Below, piece after piece: positions 1 through 10,200 of a DNA stretch of 32,000 nt. The notes below the pieces were generated by a model that saw only the letters and a list, made by a program, of their open reading frames with translations, was not told the origin of the DNA and searched no databases. The first letter of the stretch is position 1, and each line of letters begins with the position of its first letter. This DNA comes from Candidatus Iainarchaeum sp. (GTDB lineage Archaea; Iainarchaeota; Iainarchaeia; Iainarchaeales; CSSED10-239): contig JBBISB010000001.1 in NCBI GenBank assembly GCA_037441475.1, positions 156,418-188,417 on the forward strand, read 5' to 3'. Position numbers and translations under genes: made by a program.

Positions 1-2121
1 GTTAAACCACTTTGCATTTCTTAAAGTCTTGTTTGAAAGATCAGTTGTTTGTCCTGAACATGGAGTGTATGAAGTTGATCCAATAGTTTCAGACTTAGCG
101 TATCTTACTTCCTTAATAAATAAAGCATCCTCTAAAACAGTATAAGTGGTTGTACCACATACTGGGTTTGGTGCATTTCCTATTCTTAAGTGTGCTACAA
201 CTTTTGAAAACTTTTTAGTAACATTTAATGAATATCTAGCAGTTACTTGCATACCTGGAGTTACAGAGTTTATTTTTTCTCCTAAAGCATTATAGAAACC
301 TAAAAACTCAATACCTGATGTTTGTGAAATTCTTGATGGTAAAGTAAATGAAAGATTAACAATCTCATTTGCATTAATCTCATATCTTGAAGTTATAAAT
401 TTAGAATCAAAATTATCAATAACAAAGTATACTTGCTTATCTGCTCTTATCTTTATTAAAGTAAAACCCTCTGCGTTTGTAGATGTGGTTTTATCTGCTA
501 AGATACTATCGTTTAAAGTATCATAAACATATACGTTTCCTTGGTAGAAATCCCCAAACTCAGTTTTTAAAGTTAAGTTAAAGGTTCCTTCTCCAATTGT
601 CATCTTTATTACTTGTTCATTTATTTGTTGTTCAACAATTCTAAATGGATTTGTAAACTCAGAAGTAAATTGTCCTTTAGATGAATCAAGCTTATATGTT
701 CTACTTATATCTAAGTTTGTTAAAACAGCTTTACCATAAACATCAGCAGTTATTGTTTGAAGAATAATGTTTTCTTCAGCATCCCATAGTCTAATGGTTG
801 CAAAATCAACTGGTTTAAGTAAATTATCTTGAACTGTTATAACAAGGCTTCTTAAGTTTTCATTAGTTATTGGGTTTAAAGAGATTTGTTTTACAGAGTC
901 ACTTATTCTTAAGTTATTCTCTGTTTTTAAAATATAATTAGGATTATTAAAAACAACCTTGTAAGTTATGTTTTCTTCAACACCGAAATTTACAAGACCT
1001 TCTTTGTTTGAGATTAATGTTTTTACAAGTGTGCTTGTTTTGTATAAAGAAACTGAAACATTTTCAATAGCTTCTTTTGTTTTAGAATCAATTACTTTAA
1101 ATTTAAGTTGACCAATATATGCCTTTGTTAAAAGAACATCTTTATTTTGAAGAGCTGAATCAACAATTGTTATTTGTATATTTTCAAGTTCTGTTATTGG
1201 TCTGTATCTATCATCATTATCATATATAACAACTCTGTATGTTCCTATTGTTATGTTTTCAAAAAGAACAATACCGTTTGTGTTTGTAGTTGCTTCTCTT
1301 ACAACTTGACTTTGCATATTAACAATTGAAACACTAACATTTGAAATTGGTGTTTTTAAATCATTATCTAAAACTTTAATCGATGCATTACCTGTTTTCT
1401 TTTCTGCAAAGCTTAACTCAACATCTCCTGATAAACCATCTTCGTTTACTGCAACAGAACCAACTGCATTAACTGTGGATGATTCTATTGAAACTTGTAA
1501 GTAACCACAATCAGCAGGTATGTCTGTTAAGGTTAAAGAACCGTCGTTTGTTAAAAGATTATTTTTTCTATAATTACTGTTATTTGAACAAGTGATTGTT
1601 GAAACTGTTAAAGGAGAATTATATAGTTCGTTATTTGATTTAAAATATATTGTTTTTGAAACTGTACTAACTGTTAATTTAAGATAAACTGGATAGTTAT
1701 TCTTTTTACTAAAGTTAATAGTTAAAGGAGTCTCTATTTGGTATTTAGAACTTTTAATACCTAAAGGCATTTCCTCTTTCTTAATACCAGTAACCTCTGC
1801 TATTCCTAAAGAGTTTGTTACAAGAAGTTTTGGAGAGTTGTTAAATAATATTTCTAAACTCTCATTTGAGATTGGTTTATTTTGGGAGTCTACAAAAGTT
1901 AAAGAATAGGTCTGATCAGTAACAACTGAAGATCCAAATAATAAGAATGCTAAAAATACTATTAATAAAAGTATTATAAGATTGAATAATAGGAAGGTTG
2001 GAATTCCGTTCTTTTCTAAAGGATCTACAATTTTATATAAATTGATTCCCTTTTTTTCTAATCTATCAAGAAATGCAAAGTATTTCTCTTCTTGCCTGTA
2101 GTAAAAAGATTTTAGACCCAT
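1..2121 (-). CDS. Giant membrane-anchored surface protein, paralog of the 2696-aa protein. Partial: the N-terminal 707 aa are present and the C-terminus lies beyond the window start.
   Basis: My own translation of the minus strand is open for all 707 codons, from ATG at 2121 (MGLKSFYYRQEEKYFAFLDRLEKKGINLYKIVDPLEKNGIPTF...) to position 1. A TM helix (LLFNLIILLLIVFLAFLLF) is followed by about six ~85-aa beta-sandwich repeats. These resemble carboxypeptidase-regulatory/Ig-like domains (pattern v.V.d....pi.n..v.l......T...G...f). Next comes an IEF.G...H.R.G segment that also occurs in the 2696-aa protein. The gene is absent from the ORF track because it is edge-truncated. Confidence 0.8.
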   Translation of the reverse strand, partial: MGLKSFYYRQEEKYFAFLDRLEKKGINLYKIVDPLEKNGIPTFLLFNLIILLLIVFLAFLLFGSSVVTDQTYSLTFVDSQNKPISNESLEILFNNSPKLLVTNSLGIAEVTGIKKEEMPLGIKSSKYQIETPLTINFSKKNNYPVYLKLTVSTVSKTIYFKSNNELYNSPLTVSTITCSNNSNYRKNNLLTNDGSLTLTDIPADCGYLQVSIESSTVNAVGSVAVNEDGLSGDVELSFAEKKTGNASIKVLDNDLKTPISNVSVSIVNMQSQVVREATTNTNGIVLFENITIGTYRVVIYDNDDRYRPITELENIQITIVDSALQNKDVLLTKAYIGQLKFKVIDSKTKEAIENVSVSLYKTSTLVKTLISNKEGLVNFGVEENITYKVVFNNPNYILKTENNLRISDSVKQISLNPITNENLRSLVITVQDNLLKPVDFATIRLWDAEENIILQTITADVYGKAVLTNLDISRTYKLDSSKGQFTSEFTNPFRIVEQQINEQVIKMTIGEGTFNLTLKTEFGDFYQGNVYVYDTLNDSILADKTTSTNAEGFTLIKIRADKQVYFVIDNFDSKFITSRYEINANEIVNLSFTLPSRISQTSGIEFLGFYNALGEKINSVTPGMQVTARYSLNVTKKFSKVVAHLRIGNAPNPVCGTTTYTVLEDALFIKEVRYAKSETIGSTSYTPCSGQTTDLSNKTLRNAKWFN

Positions 2122-2325
2122 AATTTATCTCTCATATATATATATTAATATATTTTTGCAGCATAATCCTTTAAAAGCTATGCTATTTAGTAAATATTAA
2201 TTGTCCTTATATATTTAAATACCTTTTTATTCACCATAAAAAGTTAATATTTTTTAAATTTTAGTAAAATTACCTATTTTTTATAAATTTTCCTTATATT
2301 GTTCAAGCTTTTAAAGTTTTTTTCT

Positions 2326-4002
2326 TTATTGAGCAACACACCCTGCTGTCCCTGGTAACCCTGCTTCGTAACTTTTACATCTCCATCCTGATGTCAGAGG
2401 ATTATTTAAAATTACTTGGTTTTGAAAATATCCTGGGGTTCCAAAGCTAAATGTTTGAGAAGGATTAAAAAAAGAATAACTTGCATAATCATCTTCTAAT
2501 TGCACATAGATATTTTTATAATCTTCTGCAAGGATATATCTTTCATCCTGGTCTTCAAATTTAAATAAAATATTTATTTTTTCTATTTTGCTACACTTTA
2601 AATTAAAATTTTTATTATCTTGAGAAATATTAGTAGGGTCTCTTAAAATAAAAATATTATTATCATTATTTAAAGAAAGTCCAATATTTGAAGCTTTATT
2701 ATATTGTAATGGATTAAAAATTACAGGTGTTATTGATGAGTCCCCTTGAATACCTCCAGCAGAAGGTTCTGATAAAACCTCTTTTGTGACTTTTGAAACA
2801 TCAATTACACTTACATTACAGATATTTAAACCATTTTGTGAAACAACAGAGTTTCTACACACCCCAATACCATCATTTACTGATTTAAGGTTATTTCCTG
2901 CATAGATTTGTACTGGTGTTCTTGCAGAAACATTATTTTTAATAGTTGTCTTAACAAGATCTTCAAAAACAGGTTTTAAATTTTCTGATGTTTGAAGAGA
3001 ATAACTATTATTTCCTGAAAGATTAATATTTGTACCAACTACAGTATACCCTCCGCCGTTGTTTGCCTTAACTCCTGAAACTGATGTTGGTTTTGTACAA
3101 ACATCCGAAAAATAATTTTTATTAGTAGTAATAAAAAGATCTTCTCTTAACCCACAACTATCAATATCACAAACCCCAAGCTTTGCACTGTTTAAAGTGT
3201 AATGGATGTATGGGTTAAAGAAACCTTGAGAGGTTGAAGAACGATTTAATATTTCACTTTGATCTTTTTTTTCGAGCTCAGCATCAAGAGCAAAGTTTCT
3301 AACAGTCCTCATAGCTTGAAACCCTCTCCAAGGAATATATATCTTATACTCTCTTCTTGCAAAAACTGGTCTTTGAATAACCTCATCATTTTGATTTCTT
3401 TTAACAACAATCATTGGAAGTTTTTCATAGTCCTCTGCAGATAAGTTTCTAGTGTCTATTGTAAAATATAAAGTTCCTAAACAATTTACACTATTCTGCT
3501 CACAATCAACAACTTTTAACTTATTATCTCCTGCTGCAACAAAAGAAGCTTTAATAATTCTAGATAATTCTATTTTATCATAATCAGGAACTTGAATACC
3601 ATACCCTATAGGTGGGTTTGTATATAATAAACTACTTATAACGTTTTGTGCAAAGAAATTTTCAAATTGATTATCAAAAAAAATATCATCTGCATAATAT
3701 TTTACAAAACTATCCCAATCAAGCATCACTTGTTCTCTTTGAATTTTAATTTGATTATCAGGGTTACTTCTAAACTTTATCCATTGTTCTCTAAAAGAAA
3801 CAACAAAGTTATTAAAAGCATCAGCTCTTGAAATATCTGCAATAGTAATTAGATCAGAAGTTCTTGATTGATCATCAATTAAGGATAAATAGTTTTCTTC
3901 GGTCTGTACCATGTTATATACAAAAACAATTGTTATGGAAAGTAGCATTAAAGAGATTAATGCTGTAAAAAGATTAAATCCTTTTTTGTTTTTTATAAAC
4001 AT
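2326..4002 (-). CDS. Secreted or surface Cys-rich protein (558 aa) with a type IV pilin-like (class III signal peptide-like) N-terminus
   Basis: Long ORF between the two giant genes. The N-terminus is MFIKNKKGFNLFTALISLMLLSITIVFVYNMV: basic residues, then G-F, then a ~22-residue hydrophobic helix. The rest is hydrophilic and N/S/T-rich with paired cysteines (DCEQNSVNC, GVCDIDSCG, GVCRN...NIC, WRCKS...GC). I recognise no enzymatic motif. Confidence 0.75.
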   Translation of the reverse strand: MFIKNKKGFNLFTALISLMLLSITIVFVYNMVQTEENYLSLIDDQSRTSDLITIADISRADAFNNFVVSFREQWIKFRSNPDNQIKIQREQVMLDWDSFVKYYADDIFFDNQFENFFAQNVISSLLYTNPPIGYGIQVPDYDKIELSRIIKASFVAAGDNKLKVVDCEQNSVNCLGTLYFTIDTRNLSAEDYEKLPMIVVKRNQNDEVIQRPVFARREYKIYIPWRGFQAMRTVRNFALDAELEKKDQSEILNRSSTSQGFFNPYIHYTLNSAKLGVCDIDSCGLREDLFITTNKNYFSDVCTKPTSVSGVKANNGGGYTVVGTNINLSGNNSYSLQTSENLKPVFEDLVKTTIKNNVSARTPVQIYAGNNLKSVNDGIGVCRNSVVSQNGLNICNVSVIDVSKVTKEVLSEPSAGGIQGDSSITPVIFNPLQYNKASNIGLSLNNDNNIFILRDPTNISQDNKNFNLKCSKIEKINILFKFEDQDERYILAEDYKNIYVQLEDDYASYSFFNPSQTFSFGTPGYFQNQVILNNPLTSGWRCKSYEAGLPGTAGCVAQ

Positions 4003-4259
4003 TTTTTTTCATTACCAGTATTTTTTTATATTTTTCAAAATAAAAATATTTTTCTTTTAAAAAAATAAAAATTATTCTTTTAAAAAATATTTTAAAAGTT
4101 AAATAACATTCTAAAAGAAAAATATTATTATTCTTAATATAATATATTAATATTTTTTATATTAAATACTATTATTAGAAGATGTTTATATTTTTATATA
4201 TTTCTGTTTTATAAAAAAAATAAAAAAAGAAGAGAAAAAGAAATATTTTCCCTATATTC

Positions 4260-7200
4260 TTAATTTGCTTTAACAGGGTCAATACATTTGTCAACTCTTA
4301 AAACATCTGTTAAAGCTATTATTGAAGGAGCTTGAGAGTTGTAAGGTCTTACATCAACAATATATCTTGACTTATACTCTTGTGAACTTTCAGGAGCAAG
4401 ATAATCTACCTCTGTTATATAGAAGATATTCTTTTCAAAGACAATAGGTGTTTTAATCTCAATTGAGCTATTAAGACCAGTCATACCTTTATCTCTTAAA
4501 CCATTAATACCAACTATGTTACCCGCAATTCCACAACCAAGTCCTCTTAAAAATCCACCAGCACCTCTAACCCACTTTAGTTTACTTGAAGCAGTTGGTA
4601 CTTTTGAACCGCTTATCTTTGTAAAGTCATCTATAACTTCGTCAGGAACTAAATAATTTCCAGCACCATCAGGAGCTAAACTACTTATCTTAATACTCAT
4701 TGCTTCTAATGAAGCTTTTTGTGCTTTTGCATCAGCTAGTTTAGTTTTTAATGAAGCTAAGTCTGATGATGCTTTTCTAGATGCTCTGTCCACAGCAGTA
4801 ATTTTATTAGGGTCTGATTTTACTTTTTTAGGATTAAAAGAAGATCTTGCATTATTTTTTTCAAGATCAGTAATCTTTCTTTCTAAAACTTTAATTGAGT
4901 CATCTGCTTCTTTTATTAAACCTTTCTTAGAATCACCTATTGTGTCTAAAAGATTATTTAGTGAAGCGTCATCAATTACATTAACTGTACTTGTAGTTGT
5001 TGTTCCAGGTCCAGCTCCTGCTGCAACACTTCTGTCATAACCTTGTAACTTAGATAAATAGCCATTATTTTTGGTTAGACTATTAACTGCATCAACTTGA
5101 CTTAAATGTCCTGATGGATAAACTCCAGAATGAGGAAATTGACTTCTTGAAACAACTTGTAATAAATCATCTAATTGAGCACTAGTTATTTTTGAATAAT
5201 TAATTTTTGCGTTTGCACCACTTCCTGATATTACATCTGGATTATTCATCAAAGCCTCAATTACATTATCTGCTATTCCAGTAGTATTAGTAAAGGATGT
5301 CGGAACTTGATTAAAATATATTCCTGCTGATTGAACATTATTTACTGTAACCATTTGAGGGGATGAAAGATAATTATTTGAAATAACTTTAATATAATCA
5401 TCTAAAAAATTTATTGCCTTTTCAGAAGGTGCTCTAGGTCTTACTAAATTAGGGGTTGTTCCAGGTGTTGTAGTTGTTACTGTTTGAGATACAAAAGGAT
5501 CATCACCTAAACTTATTGTTGCCTCTCCAAGATTTAATGGAGTTGCAGCAGCAGAAGATCCTGCCTTAAAAGAACCTGCCATTACAGATCCAACAATTCC
5601 TGTAAACCACTCTTCAACCTCTCCAAACAAAGGACCTAAAAACTTAAGTTCAGGTTCATTAAATAACCATCCTAAAAACTTATCAATAAGCCATCCTAAA
5701 CCGCCCTCTCCACCTGTTAAAGCAGATGCAAAGATTTGAAGAGCAGGAAGACCACATGAAAAGCCTAAACAATCAATTCCAATACCTGCAATAGATACTG
5801 GCATTAAAACTGCTGACAAACCATAACAACCAGCACAAGTTGCAGAACATCTTAAGAAATACTGTCCAGCATTGTTTAAGCCTTTATTTATTTTCGAGGT
5901 TGTCTTTTGTTCAGGGTCCTTTAAATCACAACCAAGTTGTTCATAGTTATAAAAGAAATCTCCATTATACTTTCCAGAGTCCATAACCTTTTGTAAAGTA
6001 GAACACATCTCTTCTTTTTCAGCAGCATTATACTCTTTCTTCCAATCAACTAAGGCAGTGATGTTAAGAGGAAGATTTTTATCTTCATCTTTTTTATTAT
6101 TCTCTAAAAGAATATTATTATAAACTTCTAAAAGATATTCAGAAGGAGTTATAGCACATGAAGCTAAAGTAACCTCTGCAATTGCACTCCTGTTACCAAT
6201 AGTACCATCAGAAGAATAAATACTTGTAGCTGTAACAGTTGCTTTTTGACCAACCAAAGTATTCATTTCAGAGGGTGTTAATGGAGTTACACACATAAAA
6301 AAATTATTATCTTGGTTTTGAAGAACAGAAAGGCTAAGAGGCTCTTGAACACCATCATCTTTATTTTTCTTAAAACCAATAGTGCCACCAGGAACTTGTG
6401 TTGATGAAATTTTTAAAGTCTCATCCATTGATGATTTTATTTTCATTAAAGTACAAGAAGATGTTTCTTGTAAAGTTAAAGAAACTTCCTTTTCAGTAAA
6501 AGCTAAATCTCCAGCCTTAACTAAATCAAGGATAAGCATATATGTTTGATCTTTAGAAACACAAACCTTTGCACTATAATCGTTCTTTGTTATCATTGAG
6601 CTTATAACATTTACAAACTCTCTTCTTACCTTGTCAGGAGTTAAGCCATCTGCTGTTTGATATTGACTATTAAGAAGAACATTTATTTGTTCAGGGTTTG
6701 CTTTTTCATAAACTTGTTTATCATTAAAAGATATTTTTGCAAGAGCATTTTTATTTTCAGAAATAACACCTGAAGAAACATTTAAGGTACTGTTTCTTGT
6801 AGATAAAACATCTCTATTGTAAACATATCTTAAATCTACTTGATCTGTCTTAAACTTACCTACACCCTTGATTAAGTCTTTTGAAATATTTTCATCACCA
6901 GTAAACAAAGTAAGCCATGTTCCTTGTCTATTGTTTTTATCTAAAGTTAAATCCCATGGAAGGAAGTTTAAATAATTCATTATCTTTTTATCACAGTGAG
7001 AAGTTTTTTCATACTTTAAAACATTTATGAAATAATATGCTCTCTCTGGATAAATATAATCAGGAGAAGCTGCTATAAAACCATCAAGCTCAATTGTGTA
7101 CTTACCACAACCACTCAATTGATTTGAAACAAACACTTTATTTCCACCAGCATAAACACCTAAAGAAGTATTCCCTGCACTATTAAATGGATTTGTTTCA

Positions 7201-10200
7201 ACAAAGTAATTTTTAAAACCATAATTTGATTTTGAAAGAATAGCTCTTACAAGCTCAGTAGAGACTACATCATTTTGCATATAGAAAGTAAACTCAATTG
7301 GCTCAACATCTCCACCAAGCTCTGATATCTTACAATACCCTCTTGCAGCATCAACTAGAGGACATCCTGTGTTCATTGTCTTTGCTTGTGCTTGAGAAGA
7401 CATTTGTTTTATTTGGTTTTGAAGTTCACTTACCTTCTTTAAAATATACTCTGTTGAAGAAACAGCATCACAGTAACCTGATTCTTCAGAACATGCACCA
7501 ATTGAGATTAAAGGTCTACTTAAGGTTGTTGTTTCTTTTAAGTCTTCACAAACTGGAAGAGAAGAATTTATTGTAACAATATTATCTTTAGCTTGATCTT
7601 CAAAGACATCTTTGATATTTATAGAAACTGTAAAGTCCTCTGAAGTTACAGGATTACCAGAGTTAAGTAATCTTCCTATTATTACCATTGGCATTTTAGG
7701 AGAGCCACCTAAAGAGCTTGCTGTAAGCTCTAAGCTATAGGTTGCTGATTGATTAGGGTATATTAAATTATTACCAGAGGTTGGAATTATTCTAAAAGGA
7801 TTAGCACCAAAAGTCTCTGTATAACCATCTTGTTTTTTATCAATACCAACAACAGAAACTGGTTCTGCACAGTAGTTTGTTAAGGTAATGTTTCTTGCTC
7901 TCTTTTCTCCAACCTTTAAAGTATAATCTAAATTTTTATTACTTACCTTCAAACAGTTAGGAGAGGAGATTGTAAAAATAATCTGGGTGGTTGCTGTTAT
8001 TGGGTTATTAATACCAGCAGCTTTTCCAGTAACTAAAATAAATGCATTATCAGCAGTTGATTTATTTATATTAACTGTAAACTGTAAATCAATAGGTATT
8101 GATGCACCAGGCTCTAAAACAGATACCTCTCTAGGATATTCTTTAATACCTATGTTTGAAGATACCATCTTAGGATATTGACTTATCTGTATATCTGTTA
8201 TTGGAACTGTTCCTATATTTTTAATCATGAACCTTGTTGCATTAACAGCAGATTGCTGAGGATGAAGTTGTGAGATTGGAACCTGTATTAATGTAGGCAT
8301 TATCCATAAAGCCTTACTTAGATCTAAAAGATCAACATTTAAAGTTGATGGGGAAACAGAGTATAAGCTGTTATGCCATAGGATATTATAAGTAAATTTT
8401 CTTTGTTGTTTAAGGTTTGATTTATTTTTAATAATAACATCATAAACCTTCTCTTCTCCTGGAAGAACAGTTACATGAGCAAGGGAAAGCTCTAAACCAT
8501 TGTTTGAAGCTGAGGAGGTTAACACTGATTGTGGAGTAAAGGTTATAGCTTGTGAACAGTTGTTTTTAATAATAAAGAAAGTAGTATTTTCTGTACTCTC
8601 TGTTGTTGAATCTACTTTTGAAGAATAGTAGGTATAATAGTTAGGATCTGTATAGTTTACAGTATTCCTTGAAGAAGAATAATTTTGAGTATAGTTTTGA
8701 GATGCTAAATAATCTGAGTAATTGGAGTAGGTTTGAGAAGGTGCAAGTAAAAGATTACTTCTTTGTGTATTTCCAGCATAATTGTAGTTTGTGAAAGGAG
8801 TGTTATACACATTTGGTGCAGTATACTTAAGGTTTAAACCTACAAAGGAGTTAACTGCATTTGGAGTTATCTCAATACAGTCGCTAACCAAAAGACCTTT
8901 GTTTATCCTAATAGGGACAATCTTTGTAATCTCTCTAGGACCAATGGTTGCATAGATAGGAACATTTGCAAATGCTGTTTCAAACAATATATCTTTTGAT
9001 ACAGTGATTACAACCTCGTAGTTTTGAGAGGAATTTTTATTAATAAAAGGATTACCTCTAATATCTATAAAGATTTTATCAGATCCATCAACCCAGACTG
9101 GTTCTCCAAACCTGATGTTAGTTGCTTGGTAAACACCGTTGTTTTGTAAAGTAAATCTTGAAGAGGAGGTTATCTGGTCAAGACCAAGATTGATTAATAC
9201 CTCAGGAGGTGTTAATGTTAATAAAGAATCATCAACTATGAAAATTTGTTTTTTATAAGGAACATAACCATAACTTTCAACTAAGACGTTTACAGAGGAG
9301 ACATTAAATTTATTTTCAATAGTATAGTTTCCATTTCTACCATTACTTCCCTCTCCCTTAACTGAGGAAATAAAGGCTCCTCTATCATCATAGAAAGAGA
9401 TGAATGCATTTTCAATAGGTTTTAAAGAAACTGAATCAATAACCTCTATATTAAACTTAGAACCGTATGAAACAAAGATATCAGGTGTAAAAATAACCTT
9501 CATTTCTTTTTTATCAAAAACATTAAAGCTTAGTCTATCATTAAAGACTTGAGAACCTAAGATAGCATCTGTTCCCTTAAGATCAATGTATGCTGTTCCT
9601 ATCTCCTTTGAAATAAATGTTAAATAAATTTTCTTTAAACTGTTTTGGTTTATTGAAAGATTATCCCTTACTGCTTCAAAGTTTGAAGAATCATAAGTTG
9701 TGCTTTGGTTATTTAGAGTATCTGTAAAAAGATTAAAGGAGATTAAAGGAAAGCTCTTTGAAGTTTCAGCTAAAAGATTTAACTGTGAGTTTTTTAAAGA
9801 ATAGATGCTTGTTTCAAGAGAGTAGTTTTCTCCTTTAATAGCATAAAAGTCTTCAATATTAAACTCATTATCTTTTGAGTCAATTATCTTATAAGAAACA
9901 CAAACATCACCAGAACAATTTAAAGGAACATTGAAAAGATCAATTGAAACTTCTTTTGTTTGTGCATAAAGAGCTCCCTTAAGATTATTTGAATAGTTTT
10001 GTTTTAAAGTTGTATCAATAGGATCTCTATAGTAAAGTTTATTTTCTTCAATCAATGCCCTGTACTTAAAGATTAGTTTTGTAACAGACATATCAACTGC
10101 ATTAACCTTAACCTTTATTTGTTTGTTTCCTAAAGGAACATCTGAAGCCCATTTAAGCTCAAGCCATTTATTTATTATCTGTGAAGAACCTTCATTAAGA

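Noticed and set aside
7298-7576. Plus-strand ORFs inside the giant gene (7298..7576, 7987..8181, 11755..11940) and inside the 558-aa gene (3259..3444, 3646..3831)
   Set aside because: They are short, lie antisense to long well-supported ORFs, and have Leu/Ser/Phe-rich low-complexity translations typical of shadow frames in AT-rich DNA. They have no motifs and no start context.
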